A stretch of 64,000 nucleotides of DNA from an uncultured Spirochaetota bacterium (lineage in GTDB: Bacteria > Spirochaetota > Brevinematia > Brevinematales > JAOACQ01). The stretch is from contig CAWIGG010000003.1 in assembly GCA_963835575.1 (NCBI GenBank), positions 32,001-96,000 of the forward strand, given 5' to 3'. Below are positions 51,451-61,005 of this stretch, piece by piece (within the stretch, counting starts at the first letter, position 1; every line of letters begins with the position of its first letter). The notes below the pieces were generated by a model. That model made no database searches. It was given only the letters and a program-made list of their open reading frames with translations, and had not been told where the DNA came from. The position numbers and the translations under genes were made by a program.

Positions 51451-52369
51451 TGTTCCGCTCATTCAAAAGCCTGTCCAGAAAAGAGATATTATTCGGTTTT
51501 TCAAGCGTCCAGAGAGGGGCTAAAAGCCTGTCTTTGTCGCATTCCCCGAAAAGCCTGTGAAGTACAATATTCCGGGGAAGGATGGGAATGATTTTCAGCA
51601 GCAGGTTTAAGTATTCGTCGCGCTTCAGAAGCGTCAGTTTATTTTCTTTTAAGTCTTTTTCAAAGAAAGAGTTTTTTTCCACATAAAGATGATGGAATTT
51701 AAAACCGTCAACTCCCAGGCAGACCAGCCCCCTGACGCTATCAAGCATATCCTGTTCAGTTTCCCCGGGAAGACCTAAAATGAGATGGGCAACAACATGG
51801 ATATTGCCTTTCTTTTTTGTTTGCGCGACAGCCCATGCCGTATCGGCGGCTTTATGCCCGCGGTTAATTTTATCAAGGGTCGCGTCATTCATGGACTGGG
51901 CCCCGTATTCCATAATGAGGAATGTTTCCCCAGCCAATTCAGAAAGCATTGAGAGCTTTTCCTCATCAACACAGTCAGGCCTTGTGCCGACCGCTATGCC
52001 GCAGATTTCCTGAAATGCAAGCGCGCTTTTATAGAGGGAATAAAGTTCCTCTGTTTTTCCGTAGGTATTGGTATAGGCCTGAAAATAGGCAAGAAATTTT
52101 TTAGCGCCGTACTTCCTTCCGATGATTTCTTTGCCCATAAGGATCTGACCGGGAATGGAGAGGGCAGGTTTGACATATTCGGCCCTCGAGCCCGAATCGC
52201 CGCAGTAATAACAGCCGCCGGCACCTTTGGTCCCGTCCCTATTCGGGCAAGTAAAACCGGCATCCAGCGATATTCTGTAAACGGCTTCGCCGAATTTCTT
52301 TTTTAAAAAGGAATTCAAACTATTGTATCTTTTGCCGGAGAGTTCCCAGGGTTCTTTATTTTCAATCAT
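51383..52369 (-). CDS. YhcC/YtqA-like (TIGR01212) radical SAM protein
   Basis: [41 protein letters not shown]; start set at MIENK. Confidence 0.93.
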   Translation of the reverse strand: MIENKEPWELSGKRYNSLNSFLKKKFGEAVYRISLDAGFTCPNRDGTKGAGGCYYCGDSGSRAEYVKPALSIPGQILMGKEIIGRKYGAKKFLAYFQAYTNTYGKTEELYSLYKSALAFQEICGIAVGTRPDCVDEEKLSMLSELAGETFLIMEYGAQSMNDATLDKINRGHKAADTAWAVAQTKKKGNIHVVAHLILGLPGETEQDMLDSVRGLVCLGVDGFKFHHLYVEKNSFFEKDLKENKLTLLKRDEYLNLLLKIIPILPRNIVLHRLFGECDKDRLLAPLWTLEKPNNISFLDRLLNERNTIQGMSPMESPCAETRYAPSQE

Positions 52370-52406
52370 TTTTTCCCCTGAAATGCATTTTTGTAAAGAA
52401 AGATTA

Positions 52407-52541
52407 TTCACCGCAAAGCGATGCGCCGAGCCTGCCGAGGTGACGCTGAGGACGCAAAGAAGGTTCCTGGAATTATAATAATAAATATTTAAATAATAAA
52501 AATCTTTGCGATCTTTGCGATCTTTGCGGCTCTGCGGTGAA
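52407..52541. repeat. 9-bp-periodic hairpin element (CGCAAAG subtype) with nested insert
   Basis: TTCACCGCAAAG..[GCCGAGCCTGCCGAGG]..GACGCAAAGA ... (ATCTTTGCG)3 GCTCTGCGGTGAA. Confidence 0.85.
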
Positions 52542-52549
52542 ATTCAATT

Positions 52550-53665
52550 CTAAACTGTTTTAACTAATTCCATGATCAACCGGACCAGGTTCTCCAGATC
52601 GTCGCAATCGATATATTCCTCCGTCGAATGGACATTCATCATTCCAACGGCAAGGTTAAGGCAGGCTATATGGTTCTGGTTATAAAGGTTGGTATTGCTG
52701 CCGCCTCCCGACCGTTCAAACCGCGGCTTCAGCCCGATGGATTCTATGGCTTTGCGGACTATCTGAATTATCGGGTCCCTTTTATTAAAACGGAAACCTT
52801 TATACATTTCAGTAAACGAAAGCCCTATATCAACGGCCAGTTTTTTATTTTTTTCAATTAGCCGCGTAATTTCCTCCTTCAGGCGGATGATTTCTTTCAT
52901 ATCATGAGACCTGAATTCTCCTTTAATAATACATTCATCGGGTATGATATTGGTAGCCTTTCCGCCCTCTATTAAACCCACATTGGCCACTGTGTCCTTA
53001 TTGAGCTTCCCCTGCGGGAGGCTTTCGATAATCTGCGCGGCTATCTTAATGGCATTGATACCCTGCTCCGGCGCGATGCCGGCGTGGCTTGCCTTCCCTT
53101 TCACCCTGATCTCATAACCGTAATGATGCGGCGCCGCCACATTCACGCCGCCGATTTTTCCATGGGAATCAAGAACAAAACCGTAATCGGCTTTTAATTT
53201 AGAAAAATCCAGGTGATGCACGCCGGTCAGGCCGATTTCCTCGGCGGACGTGAATAAAAAACTGATGTCGCCATGCCTGACGCCGGATGATAGCAATTCT
53301 TCAAGAGCGATAATCATTGCCGCCGCGCCTGCTTTGTCGTCAGCCCCGAGGATTGTACTCCCGTCGCTTCTTATTCTGTTATTTTCCACAACAGGCTTTA
53401 TGCCGATACCGGGCTCGACCGTATCGACATGGGCGTCAAAAAAAAGCGCCGGTTTATTATTTTCATTGGCCGGCAGTCTGACGATCAGATTGCCGGAAGC
53501 GGCGCCGGTATTTTCCATGGTATAAGGCAGGAATTCCATTGTGACAGGCAGATGCCCCAGCCTTGTTTTAATATAATCAAACATCTTCTCTTCTTTTAAG
53601 GAAAGGCTGTCAATCCGGACTATTTTTACAAATTCGTCAATGACCCGCTGAAGAATATTTTCCAT
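52550..53665 (-). CDS. M20 peptidase T-like protein
   Basis: AHVDTV, LGADDKAG, EEIGL.G, HAG.APE.GINAI, GGGSN.N, VHSTEE. Confidence 0.92.
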   Translation of the reverse strand: MENILQRVIDEFVKIVRIDSLSLKEEKMFDYIKTRLGHLPVTMEFLPYTMENTGAASGNLIVRLPANENNKPALFFDAHVDTVEPGIGIKPVVENNRIRSDGSTILGADDKAGAAAMIIALEELLSSGVRHGDISFLFTSAEEIGLTGVHHLDFSKLKADYGFVLDSHGKIGGVNVAAPHHYGYEIRVKGKASHAGIAPEQGINAIKIAAQIIESLPQGKLNKDTVANVGLIEGGKATNIIPDECIIKGEFRSHDMKEIIRLKEEITRLIEKNKKLAVDIGLSFTEMYKGFRFNKRDPIIQIVRKAIESIGLKPRFERSGGGSNTNLYNQNHIACLNLAVGMMNVHSTEEYIDCDDLENLVRLIMELVKTV

Positions 53666-53667
53666 TA

Positions 53668-54228
53668 TTATTCCTTAACCCTCTTCCATTCTTCATCCAT
53701 GACAAGTTCTTCAATATTCTGTACAGTTATGCCGTTATAATAAACCTGCCAGGCATGGGAAACGCCTGTAAGAGTGTCGTCATCTATGATCCTCAGAATG
53801 GAATAAGTTTTTGTAAGAATTTCATTCAAATATACCTGCCGGGCAATTTCCTCAGGCAGCCAATTGGATAAATATTTCGGATTATACTCATATTCCAGTA
53901 TCTTGACCGTTTTATCATCCAGATATTTGACCAGGACCGGTATCTCGCCGCCGTTCTTTCCGATAATTTTTCCCTTTTTCCCTTCAATAATTATAACCGC
54001 TTTTGATCCCGCGCTTTTCTTTTTCCAGGTCCCGTCAAAATTAATGGATAAACGGACTTTTTTCTCCTCTTCAGGGCTTAACTCTTTTAGCAAATTCAAA
54101 TCAACAGCGCTTTTTTTTTCAGGGACCGGGGGCTCTTTTACTTCTTTAGCGCAGGATGCTGTTAATACCACTAAGGAGATAAAAATGAAATATTTTAATT
54201 TTACTTCCATCATTCCCCCGCTTCTCAT
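53668..54228 (-). CDS. Putative lipoprotein
   Basis: LTASC lipobox; overlaps the ispD stop. Confidence 0.7.
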   Translation of the reverse strand: MRSGGMMEVKLKYFIFISLVVLTASCAKEVKEPPVPEKKSAVDLNLLKELSPEEEKKVRLSINFDGTWKKKSAGSKAVIIIEGKKGKIIGKNGGEIPVLVKYLDDKTVKILEYEYNPKYLSNWLPEEIARQVYLNEILTKTYSILRIIDDDTLTGVSHAWQVYYNGITVQNIEELVMDEEWKRVKE

Positions 54229-54899
54229 ACATTTTTTAAAATCTGCTCCGCCATCAATAAATCCGGAGGTGTCGTAATCTTTATGTTATGTTCTTCCCCC
54301 GCTATAATATCGGCTTTGAGTTTCAGCATCTCAAACACGCTGGAATCGTCCGTAAAATCAGTCCTGTCCTTTTTATGGGCAAGGATATGGGCTTTATAAA
54401 TCAGATCGAAATGAAAAAACTGCGGCGTCTGGATCTGATAGACCGTATCCCGGTCAAGGTAATTTTTTATTTTGCGCCCGTCTTTTGAGATAATAAGAGA
54501 ATCTTTTACCGGAATCACAGGCACGGCCGAGCCATTTTTTTTAGCCGAGGCTATCCCCTTTTTAAGAAGATCAAGCGAAAAGAGCGGCCTTACACCGTCA
54601 TGGATTACGGCAATATCCGCGCTTTTCTCCGAAAGCCGCCTCAGGCCGTTCAAGACGGAAAGCTGCCTTGTCTTTCCGCCTTTTACAACTTCAATTGCAG
54701 GATCATTTTTAATAATTTTTTTTGTTTTTTGTATCCAGTCCGGATGAGAAACAATGATGATATGATCAACACACTGCCTGAACTTTTCTATGCTGTATTC
54801 CAGTATGGTTTTATTGCCCAGCCTTAAAAACTGCTTCGGGATTTTAGAGCCGTACCTTGAACCCGTCCCGCCGGCCAATATAATACCGCCGACTATCAT
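54225..54899 (-). CDS. ispD: 2-C-methyl-D-erythritol 4-phosphate cytidylyltransferase
   Basis: LAGGTGSR..PKQF, GG.TRQ.SV, IHDGVRP, QTPQ, TDD, NIKIT. Confidence 0.93.
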   Translation of the reverse strand: MIVGGIILAGGTGSRYGSKIPKQFLRLGNKTILEYSIEKFRQCVDHIIIVSHPDWIQKTKKIIKNDPAIEVVKGGKTRQLSVLNGLRRLSEKSADIAVIHDGVRPLFSLDLLKKGIASAKKNGSAVPVIPVKDSLIISKDGRKIKNYLDRDTVYQIQTPQFFHFDLIYKAHILAHKKDRTDFTDDSSVFEMLKLKADIIAGEEHNIKITTPPDLLMAEQILKNV

Positions 54900-54923
54900 A
54901 ATCCTAATTCACTTAACCCGCAT

Positions 54924-55274
54924 TTATTTATTAGTGCCGAGAGGAATTTTGATTATGGCGTTAGTTCCGGTATTGACTGTAGAATTCGTCTGTACAGTTG
55001 CTTCCTCTGTCTGCTGCTGGGTGGGATGCTTGCGCGCATAATTCTGCATTTCTTTTATTTTAATATATCCCATTAAAAAAGCAGAGACTATAAAAATACC
55101 CACAAGCCACTGTGTAAATTTAACCAGGACCTCGCTTGTTTTAGCGCCGAAGGCCCCCATCGTCAGGTCGCTGCCGAATACTCCGGACTGGGCCCCGCTG
55201 CCTGACTGCATCAGAATAACCGGAACAAGCAGGATAATATCCAAAATGAATATAATCATCAGGAATGTAAACAT
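54924..55274 (-). CDS. secG: Preprotein translocase subunit SecG
   Basis: Two TMs around ILMQSG.G..G.FG..AFG..L.KFT. Confidence 0.88.
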   Translation of the reverse strand: MFTFLMIIFILDIILLVPVILMQSGSGAQSGVFGSDLTMGAFGAKTSEVLVKFTQWLVGIFIVSAFLMGYIKIKEMQNYARKHPTQQQTEEATVQTNSTVNTGTNAIIKIPLGTNK

Positions 55275-55354
55275 AAATCCTCCATCTTGAGTAACGAAAT
55301 ATTTTATTCTTAACTGAGTGCTTTGTTTTAGATTTAGCTACAGCTTATATATTT

Positions 55355-55427
55355 GCAGTTTTCCACCCCGCGTCCCTCGATACGCCCTAACAGGCTACTC
55401 GGGAACCGGCGCGGGGTGGAAAACTGC
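55355..55427. repeat. GCAGTT-type hairpin with nested insert
   Basis: GCAGTTTTCCACCCCGCG..[CCCTCGATACG..CTACTCGGG]..CGCGGGGTGGAAAACTGC. Confidence 0.82.
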
Positions 55428-55521
55428 CTATTATTAAGCTTTTTCTAAAAAAAATCACTCGGTTAAGGCTAATCCTTTATTACCTGAAATCACCAATTTA
55501 TCAGGGGATAAAATAACTATC

Positions 55522-56031
55522 TTAAAATTTAACCAGAGAAAAAACAGGATAATGAATGTTTTTTCTCCCGTTTAGAAATTCCAGTTCCGCTATATAAACA
55601 CACTCGTCGATAACCGCGCCAAGGGTTTCAATCAGCTCAAGGATGGCCGCTGTTGTCCCTCCCGTAGCCAGAAGATCATCAACAAAAAGCACATTCTCGC
55701 CTCTGGAGATCGAATCCTGGTGGATTTCGATTGAAGCCTCGCCGTACTCAAGAGCATAGCTCTTGGAGATCGTCACTGCCGGAAGCTTTGAAGGCTTGCG
55801 GGCCGGCACAAATCCTGCGCCGAGAAGATAAGCCAGAGGCGCTCCGACAATAAAGCCCCTTGATTCCGCGCCGACAACCTTTTGGATATTTTTGCCTTTA
55901 CAATGTTCATACAAATCGTCGATACTGCTTTTAAAAGCCCGCGGGTCTTTCCATAGAGTGGTAATATCCTTAAAAATAATACCCTTTTTCGGAAAATCCG
56001 GCACATCACGGATTATCGAGGCATAATCCAT
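55522..56031 (-). CDS. apt: Adenine phosphoribosyltransferase
   Basis: PDFPKKGIIFKDIT, ESRGF, RKP.KLP, YALEYG, VDDLLATGGT. Confidence 0.97.
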   Translation of the reverse strand: MDYASIIRDVPDFPKKGIIFKDITTLWKDPRAFKSSIDDLYEHCKGKNIQKVVGAESRGFIVGAPLAYLLGAGFVPARKPSKLPAVTISKSYALEYGEASIEIHQDSISRGENVLFVDDLLATGGTTAAILELIETLGAVIDECVYIAELEFLNGRKNIHYPVFSLVKF

Positions 56032-56105
56032 AATCAGCCTCCTCAATAAAAAGACAGCAGATTATTTTACAATATTTTATAACTTCTGTAAATTTAATGA
56101 GAAGC

Positions 56106-56185
56106 AAAATTATTGCCTCACCCCGCCTCTCCTCCCCCATCCCCTCTCCAAATATGGAGAGGGGATGGGGTGAGGCAATAATTTT
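56106..56185. repeat. CCCCTCTCC/GGAGAGGGG nested hairpin
   Basis: AAAATTATTGCCTCACCCC..CCCCATCCCCTCTCCA-AATA-TGGAGAGGGGATGGGGTGAGGCAATAATTTT. Confidence 0.85.
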
Positions 56186-56238
56186 TTAGATTTTTTAAAG
56201 CTCAAGCCTTTATTTGACGAAATAAATACATTGGAGAG

Positions 56239-57285
56239 GTGTTTAACATGTCCGTAAAGCACATTATCAATTTTTTTATCCTGATATTAACCGTCATTCC
56301 GTTTCAAAGCGGCTGTGCCGCCCGCATAAATAAACCGGATGTTGACCCGCCTCTTCAAATCATCAATTATTCGCCGGAAATACTGAGGGGCGGAAGCGCC
56401 GTTGTCATATTTAAAGCTCAGGATATTAATCCGGATACACTTTATATTCAGCTGAAATATGAAAAGAAAATCTATCCTTCGCCTTTCATAAAGAAAGATT
56501 TTTATATAGCGCTCCTTCCCTGGCCTCCTTATGATAAGGATTTTAAGGCTTTTATCATCTATAATGACGCGGCAGGCAATGCCCTGTCGAACCAGATACC
56601 GATTCAGACAAAAAAAGCTTATTATCCTGAAACAAGAATTAAAATAGGCAATTATTTTTCTACTAATAAAATAGAAGAGCTGAATTTAAGCAAAGACACA
56701 TTCCCGGATAATAAAATGGACCAATATAAGCTCATCATGAAAAATTTTGATGAAAAAAAAGTCCTTAATATAGCGGACGCCACATCCTCAAAATCCACTA
56801 ATTGTTTTTCGAGCCTGGATCTCTATCCCTTCAACCCGATGAAAAACACCCATATCTCCTCTCCGTTCGGAGAGCACCGGATTTTTACGCTTCATAAACA
56901 CGCTGTCAGGGATTCATATCATTTAGGACTGGATCTTGCCGGTACGGAAAACGAAGCCATCTATGCCTCAAATCCGGGCATAGTGGAGTTTGCCGGTTAT
57001 AACGGCGCCAACGGCAATATGATACTGATAAACCATGGCTACGGCCTCTACTCGCTTTACTGCCATTGTTCAGAGCTCTTTGTCCAGAAAGGTCAGAATA
57101 TCATACCGGGCATGAACATCGCCAAATCCGGGCAGACCGGCTACGCCCTGGGCGATCATCTTCATTTCAGTATTCTGATATCCGGCATCTATGTCAACCC
57201 TAACGAATGGATGAACGGGGAGTGGCTCCAAAAGAATATATTGGAAATTATGAAAAATTCTTTGAAAACCATACAGGAGAAATGA
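56239..57285 (+). CDS. M23-family peptidase (probable lipoprotein)
   Basis: HLGLDLA, HGYGLYSLYCH, SGQTG..GDHLHF. Confidence 0.92.
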   Translation: MFNMSVKHIINFFILILTVIPFQSGCAARINKPDVDPPLQIINYSPEILRGGSAVVIFKAQDINPDTLYIQLKYEKKIYPSPFIKKDFYIALLPWPPYDKDFKAFIIYNDAAGNALSNQIPIQTKKAYYPETRIKIGNYFSTNKIEELNLSKDTFPDNKMDQYKLIMKNFDEKKVLNIADATSSKSTNCFSSLDLYPFNPMKNTHISSPFGEHRIFTLHKHAVRDSYHLGLDLAGTENEAIYASNPGIVEFAGYNGANGNMILINHGYGLYSLYCHCSELFVQKGQNIIPGMNIAKSGQTGYALGDHLHFSILISGIYVNPNEWMNGEWLQKNILEIMKNSLKTIQEK

Positions 57286-57354
57286 TGCTGGGTCTGATTA
57301 AATTTAAGAAGGAAACATTAAATTAGCATTCCTTATTATTGATTTCAGATAACG

Positions 57355-57481
57355 GCCACAGAATTTCACAGAAAACCACGGAATCATTTTATCATTTTTT
57401 TGTGCAGAAACAAAGCTTCCACTTTTAAAAGCTCATAATGTTAATTTTTCGTTTCTGTGTTCTTCAGTGAAGTTCTGTGGC
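57355..57481. repeat. 9/10-bp-periodic hairpin element (CACAGAA subtype)
   Basis: GCCACAGAATTTCACAGAAAACCACGGAA ... TTCTGTGTTCTTCAGTGAAGTTCTGTGGC. Confidence 0.82.
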
Positions 57482-57495
57482 AGCATTTAAATATT

Positions 57496-58224
57496 TTATT
57501 CAAAGGCAAAGTAAATATTGCTGACGGCCGCGATTGCGGCGGTCTCTGTTTTAAGGATCATATTTCCCAGGCTGACGCTCTTAAAGCCTATGGCCTTCAA
57601 TTCCCGAACTTCCTTATGGGAAAACCCGCCTTCCGGACCGATAAATAATTCCACGGTCTTAGCCTCCTTGTTTTCCAGAAGCAGCTCTTTTAAACTCAAC
57701 TCCTCTTCCAGTTCCCAGGGAACGATTTTAAGCGATCCCTCAGTTACGATTCCTCCGATTTTTTCTATGAGAATCATTTGATGAATGAGAATTTCTGTAT
57801 TGCGTCCGGTTTGCTTGATTGTCTCGCGGGCTATCCTTTCCCAGCGCGCTATTTTTTTTATAGAGCCTTCTTTATCCGCCTTAAATACCGTCCGCTCTGT
57901 TATGACCGGAACGATCTCATTTACGCCGAGCTCGCTTGCTTTTTCCACAATAAGGTCAAACTTACTTCCCTTCGGCAGGGCCTGATACAGCCGGACAAAG
58001 ATTTTTCTTCCCCTGCCCTCTGTAATTTCTTTTATAGCCAGACTGATTTGAAGAGGCTTGATTTCAATGATTTCGGCCCTGATGATATGGCCTTGCCCGT
58101 CTGTCGCCTCTATGATATCGCCGGGCTTTTTCCTCAAAACATGGGCCAGATGATGCGCGTCGCTGCCGCTGATGAATGCCTTCTGCCCCTCAATACTGCC
58201 GGTTGGGATGAAAAATTTCCGCAT
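57496..58224 (-). CDS. rsmE: 16S rRNA m3U1498 methyltransferase
   Basis: HHL.HVLR, KASELGV, FIGPEGGFS, LG..ILKTETA. Confidence 0.95.
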   Translation of the reverse strand: MRKFFIPTGSIEGQKAFISGSDAHHLAHVLRKKPGDIIEATDGQGHIIRAEIIEIKPLQISLAIKEITEGRGRKIFVRLYQALPKGSKFDLIVEKASELGVNEIVPVITERTVFKADKEGSIKKIARWERIARETIKQTGRNTEILIHQMILIEKIGGIVTEGSLKIVPWELEEELSLKELLLENKEAKTVELFIGPEGGFSHKEVRELKAIGFKSVSLGNMILKTETAAIAAVSNIYFAFE

Positions 58225-58232
58225 ACAGGATT

Positions 58233-58544
58233 TTACTTCCTTCTTGAAATAAGGTTGTCATAAACAATATCGGGTGAAAGGTCCAGATATCCCAGGACGA
58301 GCCAGAGGTGAAATATCAGGTCCGCCATTTCCCAGCCGATCTCGCCGGCTTTTCCATTCTTGGCGGCAATGATCACTTCTCCGGCTTCCTCGCCGACCTT
58401 TTTGAGGATCCTGTCCAGGCCCTCATTCATTTTCTTGGCGACATATGAATCTTCAGGTTTTGTTTTTTTCCTCTCCAAGATAACTTCATAAAGCTGATCC
58501 AGTATGGCGGACTTACCTGAATTTTGATCTTTTTCTATTTCCAT
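58233..58544 (-). CDS. hisE: Phosphoribosyl-ATP pyrophosphatase (stand-alone)
   Basis: SYVA, ILKKVGEEAGEVIIAAK, EMADLIFH. Confidence 0.95.
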   Translation of the reverse strand: MEIEKDQNSGKSAILDQLYEVILERKKTKPEDSYVAKKMNEGLDRILKKVGEEAGEVIIAAKNGKAGEIGWEMADLIFHLWLVLGYLDLSPDIVYDNLISRRK

Positions 58545-58644
58545 CTTCCATGACCTCTTTTAAAATCTTAGTTTCCTGTATTGTATAGAATAAAAGCGAC
58601 AATGGCCATTGTCGCTTTTATTTATAATTTCAATTTGTTTTACC

Positions 58645-59235
58645 TTAATAATTCTCCACAAATACCTCAAAATAAGCCTGCGGATGCTGGCAGACGGGAC
58701 ATTTTTGAGGCGCTTCGGCCGATTCGATGATATGGCCGCAGTTCCTGCACTTCCAGAACGTCTTGCCGCTCTTTTTGAACACCTGTCCTTTCTTGATATT
58801 TTCCGCCAATTTGCGGTAGCGCGCTTCATGCCGCGTTTCAACAAGGGCTATGGCCCGGAATGTCTTTGCCGCTTCCGGAAAGCCTTCCTCATCGGCTGTT
58901 TTCGCGAACGACGGATAGAGGTTTGTCCATTCCTCATGCTCGCCCATCGCGGCGCTTTCCAGGTTCTTGAGCGTTTCAGTGGAAAGAGCGACAGGGTAAT
59001 CCGCCTCTATCACCTGCATAAAATCGGGCTCAAGATTTTGAAGAAGATGATTATAAAATAATTTGGCATGCTCTTTTTCATTCTCCGCCGTTTCCAGAAA
59101 AAGCTCGGCGATTTGCTGATAATTTTCTTTCCTCGCCTGCGAGGCGTAAAATGTGTATCTGTTCCTGGCCTGCGATTCCCCCGCGAAGGCCTTCATTAAA
59201 TTCTGCGCTGTTTTTGATCCTTTAAATACCGGCAT
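58645..59235 (-). CDS. rbr: Rubrerythrin
   Basis: [38 protein letters not shown]. Confidence 0.97.
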   Translation of the reverse strand: MPVFKGSKTAQNLMKAFAGESQARNRYTFYASQARKENYQQIAELFLETAENEKEHAKLFYNHLLQNLEPDFMQVIEADYPVALSTETLKNLESAAMGEHEEWTNLYPSFAKTADEEGFPEAAKTFRAIALVETRHEARYRKLAENIKKGQVFKKSGKTFWKCRNCGHIIESAEAPQKCPVCQHPQAYFEVFVENY

Positions 59236-59274
59236 AAATCCCTCCTTTTTTTATTAAAGCCGTTTTTTTCTGAT

Positions 59275-59655
59275 TTATATACTGCTCTTCCACAGGCCAT
59301 GTAGATTGCAGTACTCCTTCGCGGTAACCTGTTTTGCCTCAATACAGAACTCGGCCTCCGGTTTCCCGCCGGGTTTGAGGAATTCCCTGTATTCCTTCCC
59401 ATCTGCAATAAGCGCAATCCACATGATATAATGCTTTTCCTCCATCGGGTGCTCGATACTGCCGACTTTGACTTTATATCCCCCTGCTGTTTTCTCGATC
59501 ACGGGGACATGCTTTTCTTTTGAAGCGTCAACCGTATTGTCTTTCATCAATTCCATCGGCTGTCCGCAGCATATCAGATCGCTGCCGCCGGCAGAAAGCA
59601 CTTCCACAATATTCCCGCATAACGCGCATTTGTAAATACCTTTTTCAATGGCCAT
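59275..59655 (-). CDS. dfx: Desulfoferrodoxin (2Fe superoxide reductase)
   Basis: [33 protein letters not shown]. Confidence 0.97.
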   Translation of the reverse strand: MAIEKGIYKCALCGNIVEVLSAGGSDLICCGQPMELMKDNTVDASKEKHVPVIEKTAGGYKVKVGSIEHPMEEKHYIMWIALIADGKEYREFLKPGGKPEAEFCIEAKQVTAKEYCNLHGLWKSSI

Positions 59656-59706
59656 AAATACCTCCGTTTACAATATTAAATTCTAATCATATAAATGCAA
59701 TTAGTC

Positions 59707-59770
59707 AAGGGAAGTTCAAAAAACCTGAGATTGGTTCGATAAACTCACCACAGGTTTTGGAATTGCCCTT
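59707..59770. repeat. GGCAGTTC-type hairpin with nested TGGTTCGATAAACTCACCA
   Basis: AAGGGAAGTTCAAAAAACCTG..CAGGTTTTGGAATTGCCCTT. Confidence 0.7.
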
Positions 59771-59884
59771 AATCATGTCTTCTAAAACTATTGACAGAAT
59801 ATTAAACATTTATTATCCTTAAAAATATAAATATTTTTTTAGTCCATGAAAACATTTATAAATTAAAAAATTAAAGAGATAATT

Positions 59885-60481
59885 ATGCTTACAGGGAAAG
59901 AATTAAATCAATTCGAATCAAATCATGCCAGATACTTTCTTTATGATGTTTATGCGAAAGAAATGAACTGGACCCCGCCCTTTCCGAATCCCTCCGAATG
60001 GGTAATAAAAGAGAACCATAATGGAAAATTCTTTTCCGACAGATTTGATTTTGATTCGCAATGGTTCGGCGTATATGACGGTTTTACACTCATCGCCTGC
60101 GGCCGGGTACTATATCCGCTGGAAAATAAACTGGAAGTGGAACTCTATCATCCGATCCCGGACTGGTATAAAATAAGATATTATAAACTGACGGAAATCA
60201 ACAGGATAGCCGTTAAAAAAGAATTCCTGGCCTCAGGGGCCTTGAATGTTCTTTCACTTGAATTCATTAAATTTTTTATCAAACAAAAAACAGATTATGC
60301 TTTCGCCTCCGCTTATAACGCGGAAATGATTGATTTCTTGAGGTCCATCGGCTTTAAAACAATGAACCCGCCGGTAAAATTCAAGTATTTCAAAAGCGAC
60401 GCAAATGCCGTCAATCTGATGTGCCTTGACTGCACTGACCAGAAAAAAATTAAAAACATCATCGATTCGCTTCAAAAATAA
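59885..60481 (+). CDS. FeeM/LuxI-like GNAT acyltransferase
   Basis: Y.VY..E..W, DRFD, ACGRV, LEVE, EINRIAV. Confidence 0.68.
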   Translation: MLTGKELNQFESNHARYFLYDVYAKEMNWTPPFPNPSEWVIKENHNGKFFSDRFDFDSQWFGVYDGFTLIACGRVLYPLENKLEVELYHPIPDWYKIRYYKLTEINRIAVKKEFLASGALNVLSLEFIKFFIKQKTDYAFASAYNAEMIDFLRSIGFKTMNPPVKFKYFKSDANAVNLMCLDCTDQKKIKNIIDSLQK

Positions 60482-60496
60482 AATACGGATTGATAA

Positions 60497-60761
60497 TTGT
60501 GCTGATCCGATTCGGCACACGGATTTTATTTTTATTTCGACTTTGCGAGAGGTATTAATTCACGTCCTTCGGCAAGTTCAGGACAGGCGCCGACGCAGAG
60601 ACCGCAAAGAACATGAGATTTGATACTGAAACTTTTATACCCCATCCTTCATACCTCTGCACTGAAATAAATACTTTTACTAACCAAATGTCTTAAGTGA
60701 AAAATAAATCCTCAAAAATCCGACTTCATCCGTGAAAATCAGTGTGAATAATCGGATATTA
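60497..60761. repeat. Second copy of the CACGGAT hairpin subtype with expanded interior
   Basis: Shares TTGTGCTGATCCGAT..CACACGGAT and GTGTGA..AATCGGATATTA ends with 36218-36388. Confidence 0.78.
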
Positions 60762-61005
60762 CGAAAAAGAATTTTTATTTAAAATCCATAATCGTACAAA
60801 AAGCTATAGTATTAAATCACCTTTATCCCCGTTACCCGGGAAACGCCTTTATTTTGAGATTTTTCCCGCCATAAGTTATAATATTCCCGGAATGGATTTT
60901 ATTGTTCCCATCGGACATTTTTACCCGCATTGCCGAGTTTAAACATCCGCATCTTTTTATTCTTTTTATTGCGCTCAATCACAAATTTCCAGTCCTATTT
61001 TATAA

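Noticed and set aside
51383..52369. Radical SAM enzyme as a RiPP maturase for the 63-aa Cys-rich peptide
   Set aside because: It is YhcC/YtqA-like with no SPASM or RRE domain and lies 20 kb away.
60892..60942. uORF MDFIVPIGHFYPHCRV upstream of the ABC-F gene as an attenuator leader
   Set aside because: No Shine-Dalgarno and no clear terminator/antiterminator; the ABC-F looks like the housekeeping YbiT type rather than a resistance type.
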